Source of the DNA: a candidate division WWE3 bacterium
GTDB taxonomy: Bacteria > Patescibacteriota > 4484-211 > GCA-002791395
NCBI GenBank assembly: GCA_013335095.1
Contig: JAAXWF010000004.1
Span: 74,740-138,739, forward strand
Reading direction: 5' to 3'
Length of the DNA stretch: 64,000 nucleotides
Position numbers and translations under genes: made by a program. The notes under the pieces are model-generated. The model made no database searches. It saw nothing but the letters and a program-made list of their open reading frames with translations, and was not told the origin of the DNA. Position 1 is the stretch's first letter, and each line of letters starts with the position of its first letter. This document shows positions 1-10,145 of this stretch, one piece after another.

Positions 1-45
1 ACGTCCCGCCTGAAGACTGGCCAGATGAATACTGAGCTACGGACG

Positions 46-702
46 TTATTTAGAAAGTCTTGTACCTTCGAGGTGTTTATAAGAGAAATAAGAGTACACA
101 ATAATTGAGACAACACACACTGGTAGAAAACCCATAAATACATAAAAACCAATCCGAGGCCACAAAGACACGCTCATAGTAAGTACCCCGAAAAGAATAA
201 ACAACTTGCCGCCTAACGCATGAGTTTTATCCCACACGACCTCATTTGAGATTGTCCAAGGCGTTCGTAAACCAAAAAACCAATTCTGTTTTATTTTCGG
301 CAAAATAAATCCAATTAGAACAAATAATGAACCAATCCCGATCATTATCAATGGACCAACAGCTACCATTTGAGGAAAAATATTTGCAGCAAGGGTAATT
401 CCATGAACGTACAACAAAAAGACCATAAATCCGATAATGAATGTATCATAGCTTTGTTTAAACAGCTTCCAATTTTCCTTTAACGGATCGGCTTTGGGAA
501 TAATCGCGAATAAAGTTCCTAATCCGATCATTAGGAGCGGAACAAAAGAGATGCCAAACAATTTACTCCCATACCCATTTGCAGATCCATCAATTCCCCA
601 ATGTACTACGATTGAGTTCGGTAACATAGAATATGCGAGGAGCGACAGAACCAAGGAAATTGCAACCAAAATAATAATTGCGAATAAAGTTGAACGAGAC
701 AT
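46..702 (-). CDS. Multi-pass membrane protein, SdpI/DUF1648-like
   Basis: 218 aa ORF with several hydrophobic helices. Family assignment is from overall sequence pattern and is weak. Confidence 0.45.
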   Translation of the reverse strand: MSRSTLFAIIILVAISLVLSLLAYSMLPNSIVVHWGIDGSANGYGSKLFGISFVPLLMIGLGTLFAIIPKADPLKENWKLFKQSYDTFIIGFMVFLLYVHGITLAANIFPQMVAVGPLIMIGIGSLFVLIGFILPKIKQNWFFGLRTPWTISNEVVWDKTHALGGKLFILFGVLTMSVSLWPRIGFYVFMGFLPVCVVSIIVYSYFSYKHLEGTRLSK

Positions 703-725
703 GAACTTATTATACTGCTAAATCC

Positions 726-1244
726 TTATCTTTTCTTCTTTGATACAGGGATCAATCGGGGGCGGAGTGAATATAACAGTAACACAAAGCCCAAGGGAAT
801 CATGACATAATTTACGACACCTCCTGGCACAATATGCGTAGAGAGCGCTGGTTTAAGCATCCCCACAACGAGCCGTAAAGAATATTCAATTATTATGGTT
901 AAATACATCGCCGGAATCAGACTTCGATATCGAAAAAGAACCACCGCGTAAATTATCCCGACTAATAATTGTGATATCCCCCATAAAGCAAACGTGAGTA
1001 TCACCAAATGACGAGCTTCAATTGAATAAGACCACAAAGGAAATCCGGCAATCGATTGGGCTCCCCCATCGGCCGAGACAAGGTGAATAAAACTCCGACC
1101 GATCGTAACAATCGTGATGGCAATAAATGCAAACAGTGAAACGGTACTTCCAGAATAGGTATTTGTAATCGTCTTGGGAAATAGATAATTTCGCCTCGTT
1201 TTACCCACGAATTTAGTGTACCGCGAGTTACTACGGATTAACAA
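726..1244 (-). CDS. Integral membrane protein, function unknown
   Basis: 172 aa ORF, largely hydrophobic with multiple predicted TM segments. Confidence 0.4.
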   Translation of the reverse strand: MLIRSNSRYTKFVGKTRRNYLFPKTITNTYSGSTVSLFAFIAITIVTIGRSFIHLVSADGGAQSIAGFPLWSYSIEARHLVILTFALWGISQLLVGIIYAVVLFRYRSLIPAMYLTIIIEYSLRLVVGMLKPALSTHIVPGGVVNYVMIPLGFVLLLYSLRPRLIPVSKKKR

Positions 1245-1561
1245 CTTGTGTTTTTTATTTCTTCATCAACCAGCACGAAATAAGATATGCAATAAAAGGA
1301 GATGTCCAACCCCATTGAAATAGAACAGAGGTAAGCCAGACCTCCCAAATCACACAACAAGGACCCAGAGAACCGTTCGCCATACAATCGGCCAAAAAAC
1401 ACTTTGTTACTAAGTAAAAAGATGTTACCCCAATTATTAATTCGAGCGCAATTGCAACACTGACTCGCTTTATTGTTGGCTTTAGAAATGTTGAAACATG
1501 TTGCATGTATTTCATATGCAGCATACAAGAAGGACCATATGCGTTACGGTATTATTACTAT

Positions 1562-1954
1562 CTATTCGCTTATGATACCGTTAAATTGATCTTCCTCTTC
1601 GTCAGCTTTGGTCGGCTGTATCGTATCTTTTAGGTGGGCTGGAGGTGAATAGAGTGTATACAGCTTTAAGGTTTCGGTTCCGGTGTTTATGACGTTATGG
1701 TAGGTCCCCGCTGGTATGATTATTGCCCAGTCATCGGCAACTTCATATTCAGTTTCTCCATTATTCAAGATGACTTTAGCATTTCCTTGTTCAATGCGTA
1801 AGAATTGATCGAGTCCATGGATTTCGTTTCCGATCTCATCACCAGGCTGAATGCTCATGTATACAAGTTGCGTGTAATGAGACGTATAGATTACCCGGCG
1901 ATAATCGGTATTTTCGAGTGTTTGTTGTTGGATGTTTCCGACAAATCCTTTCAT
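1562..1954 (-). CDS. Cupin domain protein
   Basis: 130 aa. Cupin-like beta-barrel motifs (G-x5-H...E...PAGTYHNVINTG). Confidence 0.6.
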   Translation of the reverse strand: MKGFVGNIQQQTLENTDYRRVIYTSHYTQLVYMSIQPGDEIGNEIHGLDQFLRIEQGNAKVILNNGETEYEVADDWAIIIPAGTYHNVINTGTETLKLYTLYSPPAHLKDTIQPTKADEEEDQFNGIISE

Positions 1955-2000
1955 GTAATTACTATATCATGAAGTTATAAAGAATGTTAAAATTTGTTGT

Positions 2001-2429
2001 ATGGCTGAGTTAAAAACGAAAGTCAATGATGGGAGTGTTGCCGATTTTATTAATGCCGTTTCGGATGATAAAAAACGCGCCGATAGTTTTGAGCTTCTAA
2101 CTCTTTTTGAAAAAGTTACTCATGAAAAACCCAAGATGTGGGGTTCAAGTATTATCGGATTTGGTTCGTATCATTATAAATCTGAGCGAAGCACTCAGGA
2201 GGGAGATTGGCCGCTGGTTGCCTTTTCTCCACGGAAACAAAACATCTCGCTATACTTGATGATACAAACCTTCAATGCCCAATCACTACTTGAAAAACTC
2301 GGAAAATATAAAGCTGGAAAAGGTTGCATCTACATAAATAAACTTACCGATGTAGATAAAAAAGTACTCGAACAACTCATCGAAAGATCGTTTGAGGAAA
2401 TGAAGAAAAGGTATTTGGCCGTTAGTTAA
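2001..2429 (+). CDS. DUF1801 (YdhG-like) domain protein
   Basis: 142 aa. N-terminal MAELKTKVNDGSVADFI... and central GFGSYHYKS... pattern typical of DUF1801 family. Confidence 0.5.
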   Translation: MAELKTKVNDGSVADFINAVSDDKKRADSFELLTLFEKVTHEKPKMWGSSIIGFGSYHYKSERSTQEGDWPLVAFSPRKQNISLYLMIQTFNAQSLLEKLGKYKAGKGCIYINKLTDVDKKVLEQLIERSFEEMKKRYLAVS

Positions 2430-2496
2430 TCACCGTCTGTTTTTAATACTCGTTAAATAGTTGGTTTTCGTTATTTCTTAAGTCGGATTTACCTAA

Positions 2497-3306
2497 TCAA
2501 TCGCAGATATCGTCAATGATTTCTTGGTCGCTGGTTACTGTTGGGTCATAGTATTTTTGATATTCTTGCAGTTTCTCGGCGTTATAGAGGTTGAACGGAC
2601 ACACTGCAAAACGATATTTTTTCGAAGTTTTTACGATTTCATCGTCTTTATATTGGGGATTAGTTGTTAATGATGTCTGCGGTGCCTTTAGATTTACAAC
2701 CCCAAAATCAAACCGAGCCCGACCGTCTTGATTACTATATCCAACGAGCTCACCTGCTTTTATATCGATGGACTGAACCGCAACACTTTTGGTGTCGTTG
2801 CTTGGTTCGGCAGGAAATGCTAACCGGATTTTTTCGGGTACATCGACTAGATGATCAAGCCAAAAACTGACATCGCATCCATCATTAAAAGAAAGGATGT
2901 ATTGAACTTTTGTAACTGGGTTTGGGCCGTAGGTTTCAAGGTAATTTGATCCACCGGTTAAGGTTGCGTCCATTGGTGCATAGACTGGCGATTTTTGTTT
3001 TACTTCAATATATGAGTGTGTTTTTATGTTTTTTCCACCGACTAGCCGAATCGGGTTTTGAATCAAATTAACCGCGCTCATATCTGTTACATCCGAGGTA
3101 AACAAACCCGGGTCCCCTGGTTTACAGCTACCAGATGGTACATCCTGATTATTATTTGCAATTGAATACATTGGTTTGGGCGGATCATTTTTGGTTCCCG
3201 TCTCTCTAACAATTAGAAAATTGAGAAAAAATGCTCCGACTCCAATAAGAACAACAGCGCCGACTAAAATAACTAATTCAACAAAGCCAGACTCAGATTT
3301 ATACAT
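2497..3306 (-). CDS. Membrane-anchored extracellular protein, weakly prepilin-like N-terminus
   Basis: 269 aa with single N-terminal hydrophobic helix (SGFVELVILVGAVVLIG) followed by a soluble domain. Not a canonical G/FTLIE pilin motif. Confidence 0.4.
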   Translation of the reverse strand: MYKSESGFVELVILVGAVVLIGVGAFFLNFLIVRETGTKNDPPKPMYSIANNNQDVPSGSCKPGDPGLFTSDVTDMSAVNLIQNPIRLVGGKNIKTHSYIEVKQKSPVYAPMDATLTGGSNYLETYGPNPVTKVQYILSFNDGCDVSFWLDHLVDVPEKIRLAFPAEPSNDTKSVAVQSIDIKAGELVGYSNQDGRARFDFGVVNLKAPQTSLTTNPQYKDDEIVKTSKKYRFAVCPFNLYNAEKLQEYQKYYDPTVTSDQEIIDDICD

Positions 3307-3368
3307 GAATTTATGATAAGTAAAAACGTTACGTTTAACAACATGTTGGGGTTAAAGAGAAATAGATT

Positions 3369-3710
3369 TCAAGACATCGGATACGTTGAATTAGAATTCG
3401 GCTCGCCAGTTTTTTTATCATGAGCATTCTCATGCTGTGGGAGGGGAAATATTCGAGTAAGAATCGCTGAAGAAATTGCATAAAAAATAAGTCCATAAAT
3501 CAAATATCCATCTACAGGAAATAGAACCCAGAAAGCGTAATAAATAACCTTCGTGTATCCTTCCAAGAAGTTATTGATATTAGGAATCTCCAAAAGAGCT
3601 AGAATACTCCCTAATATATATAAACCTATGAAGCCCATTGCAGTAGATATAATAAATAATAGTACCCAATGTGCCACCTTTCTACTAATTCTCATAATTT
3701 TTTCATACAT
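3369..3710 (-). CDS. Small membrane protein
   Basis: 113 aa with three hydrophobic segments. Confidence 0.35.
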   Translation of the reverse strand: MYEKIMRISRKVAHWVLLFIISTAMGFIGLYILGSILALLEIPNINNFLEGYTKVIYYAFWVLFPVDGYLIYGLIFYAISSAILTRIFPLPQHENAHDKKTGEPNSNSTYPMS

Positions 3711-4227
3711 ATCGTAAGTTAAGAATAAAGCAAAAAAATATATAATTCAAATTATGGCTTAAAAATTGATACAATACCGAACAATGCACGAATTTCGTTA
3801 TGGAAATATATTTGAGAAAGAAACGATCAAAGACGCAATAGAGTTATTGCCTATAATATGAATCAATGACGGCACATTCAATGATCCAATCACTCAAATT
3901 AAATTAGTACATGACAAATTACAACGATTAGAACAATACTTACAAGGGTCAGTTCTTATATGTCCAATAGACTACGCGACCGGTGTTCAGTTCTTCGATT
4001 TTTTTGTCAATAACGATAAACAGGAACCTCGACAATATGATTCGCCGACAAGACTTCCTAATGATATCCTGCAACTTTGGAAAAAATATCAGGATCGCGC
4101 GGGATACTGCGTAATTAATAATATTTCATATGGACAATCAAAAGAGGAGGGTTATTGGATTAGTGAAGATACAATCTTAAACGAAATTGAACAGAGCTTT
4201 TTATCAATCGTTCCCCAACGATACCAG

Positions 4228-4629
4228 ATGCTTGTGGAGGTAATGAACACAAGTAATGACGAAACACACAGAGGCGCGGCTGCATACTTGATACATTGGC
4301 AGCCCAATCATCAATGCGCCGTAAATGACCTACTCATTCATCTCGAAAATGAAACCCGTGATGGCGTACAGAATTACGCCTTGCGAGGGCTAATCGCACT
4401 GGTAGAAAAGGCAGATATACCTAAAGATAAGCTATCCATTATCAACGCACGACTCTACGCAAACGCAACCGCACCCATCAATAAAACACTGGCACTACTA
4501 TACTTACTTTTGGATAAGCATAAAATTGAAAAAAGTGATTTAAATAACCAAGTGGAGCGAATTGCTCAACTGGCAACAGTAAAACGACCTAATATCAAAA
4601 CATATGCAGAAAAGATCATAGGGATTTAA
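4228..4629 (+). CDS. Hypothetical protein; likely the C-terminal part of a longer reading frame
   Basis: First ATG of a frame that is open without stops from 3862. An upstream in-frame ATG at 3784 is separated from it by a single TGA at 3859-3861 (see findings). Confidence 0.4.
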   Translation: MLVEVMNTSNDETHRGAAAYLIHWQPNHQCAVNDLLIHLENETRDGVQNYALRGLIALVEKADIPKDKLSIINARLYANATAPINKTLALLYLLLDKHKIEKSDLNNQVERIAQLATVKRPNIKTYAEKIIGI

Positions 4630-4875
4630 GTATTCAACAAGTTGAGGTGATTATGGGGTCAAGCTATATTTGACAGAACTATTCCCTTAGATGAAGACCA
4701 TTTTTGATAGTCGTTATATTATTTTCCTCGCAGCAAGAATGCTTGATATTCAGGCTACCAAACTCCTCCTAACGCAACTTGAATATAATTCAGGTACCGA
4801 TTTTATCATCGGATGAACTTTAATTTCACATACAAACAGTTGAAAAGCACCCAACCATTCCAACAATTTTTACTT

Positions 4876-4948
4876 GGCTGCGGGACTAGGACTCGAACCT
4901 AGATACCAGCTTTCAGAGAGCTGTGTCCTACCATTAGACGATCCCGCA
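4876..4948 (-). tRNA. tRNA-Gln (anticodon CUG)
   Basis: Reverse complement reads UGCGGGA...UCCCGCA acceptor stem (7 bp) ending GCCA. GGTTCGAGTCC T-loop. Anticodon loop CUCUGAA gives anticodon CUG. Confidence 0.8.
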
Positions 4949-5032
4949 CCGTGTGTATCACCCGATATTATAGCATTATAGCCCGGTAAGATTAATAATT
5001 CTGGCATTGTTTTTGCTATAGTTAAATACAGG

Positions 5033-6610
5033 ATGGATCAAATACCACACAAGAGTAAAACACCGGTAATACTCATCTCTACCAGCCTTGCGATTATCAG
5101 TATCATTTTTCTAATTGCAACAATCATCACCTCAGATCGCCCTATCTTATCTCGGTGGCAAAACACAACAAAAAGCAGCGCAGCATCACAACTCCCCATA
5201 AAAATCAGTACTAATGGACGGTTTTTAGCAACAGCCGACAACCAGCCTTTCTTCATGCAAGCCGACACAGCATGGAGAATCCCACGACTCACACAATCTG
5301 AAGTAAACACATATCTGGCAGACCGCGCAGCAAAAGGATTCAATACAATCTTAGGACCAGTTGTAACCGCAGATGTAGCGGACTACGCAAATCGCCAAAA
5401 CAACGACCCGACCAACCCCAACCTTCAATTCTTTGAACACATTGATTACATCGTAAATAAAGCTGCAGAATACAATATTAATGTAGCAATCGTCGTGGTA
5501 TGGGGAGACAAATCGAACTTATTCAGCTCAACAACCGACGCAAAAAACTACGGAAAGTTCCTAGGCCAACGATACAAAAACAATAATAATGTCATGTGGA
5601 TAATAGCAGGTGAGCATACTATCTCTGGTACATCATCATCTATCCTAACAATCTGGAACGCGCTAGCAGAAGGGATTGAAGAATCCACCAATAACACCCA
5701 ATTGATCACAATCCATGGTAATTGGCGTCAACCTGGACAATCATCATCTGAATTTTTTCACTCGGCATCCTGGCTTGACTTCAATACCATACAATCCAGT
5801 CAAGGCGGCGGGTATGGTAACTGGAATCTAGTCACAACAGACTACTCAAAGACTCCGATAAAACCAACATTTGATGGAGAACCAACATACGAAGGACATA
5901 ATGGATGGGATGCCAATGGTGTACGTCGGCATGCGTACTGGAACATATTTGCGGGAGGTTTCGGTATCGGATATGGCGCAGACGGAGTGTGGGATTTTAA
6001 TGGATGGCAAAATGCCCTAAATACAACCGGAAGTACACAAATAAAATACCTAAAAAAATTAATGTTGTCACGCCCATTCTTCACACGGATACCAGATCAA
6101 TCAATAATAAGTTCTGTTGTTTCAGATGGAAACACCCACCCTCAAGCAACAAGAAGCAGTGATGGCAGCTACGCTATGGTCTATATCCCAACCGCACAAA
6201 CCATAACAATAAACATGACCAAAATATCCGGAACAACTGTAAAAACATACTGGTATAATCCCCGAACCGGAGCATCAACTGTTATAGCTGAATACCCGGC
6301 TGGTGGAACAAGACAATTCACCACACCCACAGAGGGACCCGATTGGGTATTAGTACTGGATGATGCTTCAAAAAACTTTCCAGCTCCCGGGTCAGAAAAT
6401 ACACAGCCGACACCGACTTCAGTGCACCAATCAGCAGACATAAATCGAGACGGAATAGTCAATATATTCGACCTTGGAATACTTACTGGTTATTACGGAC
6501 AATCAGTCACTTCAGCTAGTCCAACAAACCATCGGAATAGTGACATTAACACAGATAACACGGTAAATGTATTTGATTTATCGTTACTGATCGCACAATA
6601 CAATCTTTAA
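5033..6610 (+). CDS. Glycoside hydrolase (GH140/DUF4038-like) with C-terminal tandem dockerin-type repeats
   Basis: 525 aa. N-terminal TM/signal anchor, catalytic-domain-like core, and two Ca-binding dockerin-like repeats DINRDGIVNIFDL / DINTDNTVNVFDL at the C-terminus. Confidence 0.55.
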   Translation: MDQIPHKSKTPVILISTSLAIISIIFLIATIITSDRPILSRWQNTTKSSAASQLPIKISTNGRFLATADNQPFFMQADTAWRIPRLTQSEVNTYLADRAAKGFNTILGPVVTADVADYANRQNNDPTNPNLQFFEHIDYIVNKAAEYNINVAIVVVWGDKSNLFSSTTDAKNYGKFLGQRYKNNNNVMWIIAGEHTISGTSSSILTIWNALAEGIEESTNNTQLITIHGNWRQPGQSSSEFFHSASWLDFNTIQSSQGGGYGNWNLVTTDYSKTPIKPTFDGEPTYEGHNGWDANGVRRHAYWNIFAGGFGIGYGADGVWDFNGWQNALNTTGSTQIKYLKKLMLSRPFFTRIPDQSIISSVVSDGNTHPQATRSSDGSYAMVYIPTAQTITINMTKISGTTVKTYWYNPRTGASTVIAEYPAGGTRQFTTPTEGPDWVLVLDDASKNFPAPGSENTQPTPTSVHQSADINRDGIVNIFDLGILTGYYGQSVTSASPTNHRNSDINTDNTVNVFDLSLLIAQYNL

Positions 6611-6619
6611 CTTTTAACA

Positions 6620-7399
6620 ATGCGTTATGATAGAAGTACCATGGACGCAACCGCACAACAAACCATGCCTGCATCAAAGACACCTGTATCATCGGCAGCA
6701 CTACGAGACCTAAAAAAATCCAACAAACTAAAAGACGAATTCATCGCCATCACCGTCCATAACCAAAAAACCCCACTAATCATCATCCAAGGATACGTAG
6801 ACCTCGTCCAAAAAGAAACCAAAAACTTATCCGACATGCAAAAACATGCACTCGAAGAAATCGAAAAACAATCCAAACGCCTCATCGAAATAAATTCACG
6901 ACTCCTATCGGTAACCAAACTGCATGGTGATGTCATCGCCCTTAAAAAAGAAACCGTAGATTTAGCCGAACTAACCCGCGACGTAGCCGCATCATTTGTT
7001 GTTAAATTGCAAAATAAACGAATCCGACTGGTCATAGACACCCCTGAACAACTCACAGCGAAAATAGACTGCGAATGGATTAGGGAAGTATGGGAAAACC
7101 TCCTCTCAAATGCCCTAAAGTTCACACCCGAAGGAGGAAAAATAACCATCTCAGTAAAACCTAAAGGACAAACAATCATGTGCCAAATAACCGACACCGG
7201 AATCGGAATAGACAAACAAGAAATACAAAACATCTTCGCCCCGTTCTATCGAACCCAAGATGCACTAACCGGTGGATATGATGGCATCGGGCTTGGCCTA
7301 TACATTGTAAAGTTGATCATTAAGGGGCATAATGGGAAAATCAGGATCGTCCCAAGTCATAAAGGAGCGCGAATCCAGTTTCTGCTGCCTAAAAATTAA
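6620..7399 (+). CDS. Sensor histidine kinase (HisKA + HATPase_c), soluble
   Basis: 259 aa. H-box region AITVHNQKTPL and ATP-binding N, G1 (DTGIGI) and G2 (GGYDGIGLGL) boxes. No TM segments. Confidence 0.7.
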   Translation: MRYDRSTMDATAQQTMPASKTPVSSAALRDLKKSNKLKDEFIAITVHNQKTPLIIIQGYVDLVQKETKNLSDMQKHALEEIEKQSKRLIEINSRLLSVTKLHGDVIALKKETVDLAELTRDVAASFVVKLQNKRIRLVIDTPEQLTAKIDCEWIREVWENLLSNALKFTPEGGKITISVKPKGQTIMCQITDTGIGIDKQEIQNIFAPFYRTQDALTGGYDGIGLGLYIVKLIIKGHNGKIRIVPSHKGARIQFLLPKN

Positions 7400-7402
7400 C
7401 CT

Positions 7403-7795
7403 ATGGCCACGATATTACTGATCGAAGATACACAACCTTTATCCGAACTCTACTCGTATAGTATTGGAAGTGCGGGTTATACGGTTGTCACGGCATCATC
7501 CGGCGTAGAAGGACTTGAAATAATCAAACGCCAACCCGTTGATTTGGTTCTACTCGACATCATGCTCCCGGGGGTAAACGGTCTCAACGTACTCAAACAA
7601 ATCAAGGAAAATCCAGAAACGAATCATATCCCCGTCATTATGGTTTCGGTGCTCGAACAAGACGCAATCTTAAAACAAGCTAGGGATGCTGGAGCCAATG
7701 GATATCTATTCAAGGATCACATCACCCCGGACGTGCTTGTCGAAGAAGTACAAAAATATTTAAAAACGGACCAACCGGTACCAAGCACTCCCTAA
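7403..7795 (+). CDS. Single-domain response regulator (REC only)
   Basis: 130 aa. Acidic pocket, phospho-acceptor D in LVLLDIMLPG, conserved K near the C-terminus. Confidence 0.7.
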   Translation: MATILLIEDTQPLSELYSYSIGSAGYTVVTASSGVEGLEIIKRQPVDLVLLDIMLPGVNGLNVLKQIKENPETNHIPVIMVSVLEQDAILKQARDAGANGYLFKDHITPDVLVEEVQKYLKTDQPVPSTP

Positions 7796-7801
7796 CAACA
7801 T

Positions 7802-8179
7802 ATGGCAAAAAAAATACTTGTAGTCGAAGACAATTTAGAAATTGCTGAGGTATACGAAATCGTATTAGCTGACGAAGGATACGAAGTAACGATTCGTTTA
7901 ACCGGAGAAACAGGACTCAACGAAGCCTTGGCAAGCCAATATGATCTAATTCTCTTAGATGTTATGCTGCCTGGAATGAATGGAATATCAATACTCAAAG
8001 AGTTGCGCAAAAACCCTCAGACAGCTCAGACACCAGTGTATATGCTCACTGCACTCGGGCAAGATACGATCAAAAAACAAGCCCATGATGCTGGTGCAAT
8101 CGAAGTCCTGGTTAAATCAACTTTCACCCCTGATCAAATAGTTGAAAAAGTTAATGCAGTACTTGGATCAGCACAATAA
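7802..8179 (+). CDS. Single-domain response regulator (REC only)
   Basis: 125 aa. KILVVEDN...LILLDVMLPGMNG receiver motifs. Paralog of the preceding gene. Confidence 0.7.
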   Translation: MAKKILVVEDNLEIAEVYEIVLADEGYEVTIRLTGETGLNEALASQYDLILLDVMLPGMNGISILKELRKNPQTAQTPVYMLTALGQDTIKKQAHDAGAIEVLVKSTFTPDQIVEKVNAVLGSAQ

Positions 8180-8190
8180 TTTGTAAAGAT

Positions 8191-9603
8191 TTGTCACGTG
8201 GTACAATAAGCCCATACAAAAACCCAAAAGGCATGAATATTGATAACACATCACCAAAAGTAAATGAATCCAATTTCCGCAATTACGATGTTCGTGGTGA
8301 ATACTTAAAAGAGATTGATGAAACCACCGCATATCATATTGGTCGAGCATTTGTAGAATTCACAAAAGCAACAAATATTATTGTCGGTGGGGATATGCGA
8401 ACATCCACACCATCGTTAAAAGAAGCATTAATTCAGGGTATTTTAGAACAAGGTGCTAACGTATCCGATATCGGACTTTCAACAACTGACGGAGTATATT
8501 TTGCCACTCATCATTATCCGGATTTTGACGGCGGGATAATGGTAACCGCTTCTCATATGCCTCAACAATTTAATGGATTTAAATTTTTAAATAAAAACTT
8601 AGAACCAATCGGCAAAGGTTTTGGCATGGAAGAACTCTACCAAATAGCTCATACCCAAAACTACTCGCCTGTATCAGAACCAGGAACACGATCAAATAAG
8701 GATATTTGGAGTGATTACAAAGAATTTGTATTAGGATTTGCCAACATTCAATCGATCCGCCCGATGAAGGTTGTCATGGATGCAGGAAATGGTTTGGCCG
8801 GTTTTATTGTTAACAAGATTTATTTGGATCTTCACTTAGATATTATCCCGCTATATTTTGAGCCGGATGGAACATTCCCCAACCATGATGCTAACCCGAT
8901 CCTACCGGAAAACCGGATCGATATTATAAATAAAGTAAAAGAGACAGACGCTGACTTAGGTATTGCGTGGGATGCGGACTGTGACCGAGTTTATTTTATC
9001 GACGAAAAAGGTAACTACATTGACGGTGACTTTACTACGGTACTGCTTGGTCTACATATTCTTGAGCGCAAACCTGGTGCTGGAATCGTCTACGACATTC
9101 GAGCCAGTCACGCCGTAAAAGATTTAATTGAGAAAGCCGGAGGAAAAGCATATGCCGAACGAGTAGGCCACTCCTACATCAAAAGAAGAATGCGCCAAGA
9201 AGATGCCGAATTTGGCGGTGAGGTGAGCGGACACTATTACTTTAAACGCAATGCATATGCAGAAAACGGATTTATCGCTCCGCTGATGATTATGGAACGA
9301 ATATGCCGTTCAGGAAAATCAATCTCAGAGTTGATTAAATCCTTTGGCGATTACTTTATTTCGGGAGAAATAAACTCAGAGGTTCACGATCAGAACATGG
9401 TTATTCAGGCGATCGCAGGGAAATACGCTGATGCCGTTCACATCGATTATCGCGATGGTATTACCGTCGAATATGAGAATTGGCATTTTAATGTTCGCCC
9501 GTCCGCAAATGATCCGGTAATGCGCCTAAATCTTGAGGCAAATTCTAAAGAATTAATGGAACAAAAGCGCGACGAACTTTTATCCCTTATCCGAAGTTAT
9601 TAA
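8191..9603 (+). CDS. Phosphomannomutase/phosphoglucomutase (alpha-D-phosphohexomutase family)
   Basis: 470 aa. Catalytic serine loop TASHMP, Mg-binding DADCDR loop and sugar-binding GEVSGH motif. Confidence 0.75.
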   Translation: MSRGTISPYKNPKGMNIDNTSPKVNESNFRNYDVRGEYLKEIDETTAYHIGRAFVEFTKATNIIVGGDMRTSTPSLKEALIQGILEQGANVSDIGLSTTDGVYFATHHYPDFDGGIMVTASHMPQQFNGFKFLNKNLEPIGKGFGMEELYQIAHTQNYSPVSEPGTRSNKDIWSDYKEFVLGFANIQSIRPMKVVMDAGNGLAGFIVNKIYLDLHLDIIPLYFEPDGTFPNHDANPILPENRIDIINKVKETDADLGIAWDADCDRVYFIDEKGNYIDGDFTTVLLGLHILERKPGAGIVYDIRASHAVKDLIEKAGGKAYAERVGHSYIKRRMRQEDAEFGGEVSGHYYFKRNAYAENGFIAPLMIMERICRSGKSISELIKSFGDYFISGEINSEVHDQNMVIQAIAGKYADAVHIDYRDGITVEYENWHFNVRPSANDPVMRLNLEANSKELMEQKRDELLSLIRSY

Positions 9604-9650
9604 AAAGAAAGCCACCCGGGACAGATACGTCCGAGGTGGCCTGAGAGTTT

Positions 9651-10082
9651 TTACACCATATTGATGGTAACGTAGTACCACCACACCGAGAAAACCGTAC
9701 ACCCGATCGACATGAAGAATGTATCGGCGTGCTGGATGCTAAGCCCACCGAGCTTGATGTGGGGATGATACTCAGAGTTCATCACCCCGATCACGGTCGC
9801 CACATAAAATGGCATAAGAAATGCCAGGAAGCCATCGGTCGTGAGGCTCCATATGGCAACCACAAAGCCGATACCAGCAGCAGCGGTACAGACCATAAAA
9901 TAGGTCATCTCCCATGCGGCAGCCAGAATGAGGATACGACGCGAACCGCGCATAAACAGACCGATGACCATATGCGGGTCGCGGTGAGCTTCGCGGACCT
10001 GTTCGGCCGCAGTATAACACTCGCCAACCCACATTATTGCAGAGATAGCCCCTACAGCCATGTACACCAGTACGAGGATCAT
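9651..10082 (-). CDS. Integral membrane protein
   Basis: 143 aa, four hydrophobic helices. Confidence 0.4.
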   Translation of the reverse strand: MILVLVYMAVGAISAIMWVGECYTAAEQVREAHRDPHMVIGLFMRGSRRILILAAAWEMTYFMVCTAAAGIGFVVAIWSLTTDGFLAFLMPFYVATVIGVMNSEYHPHIKLGGLSIQHADTFFMSIGCTVFSVWWYYVTINMV

Positions 10083-10145
10083 TGATCCCTCCTGCTAAAC
10101 GACTCAGATTCTAACCAGGTAATTATATCAGTTATAGGACACTTT

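Noticed and set aside
1238-1528. Two overlapping minus-strand ORFs (96 and 89 aa) between the membrane protein and cupin genes
   Set aside because: They overlap each other in different frames and lack clear RBSs. The 89-aa frame is hydrophobic and could be a small membrane protein, but I cannot support it over chance.
3859-3861. Possibility that the genome uses genetic code 25 (UGA=Gly), as in some CPR lineages
   Set aside because: Long ORFs (atpA, atpD, dnaG, the 675-aa pilin-like protein and the 1835-aa surface protein) are intact under the standard code. TGA also terminates well-defined genes, e.g. dnaG at 18972-18974.
6625-7233. 202-aa minus-strand ORF antisense to the histidine kinase
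   Set aside because: It lies entirely inside a well-supported kinase gene on the opposite strand. It has Cys/Ser-rich low-complexity composition typical of a shadow ORF.
9604-9650. Intrinsic terminator GCCACC...GGTGGC after the phosphohexomutase gene
   Set aside because: The stem is present but is not followed by a T-run on either strand. It is left unannotated as too weak.
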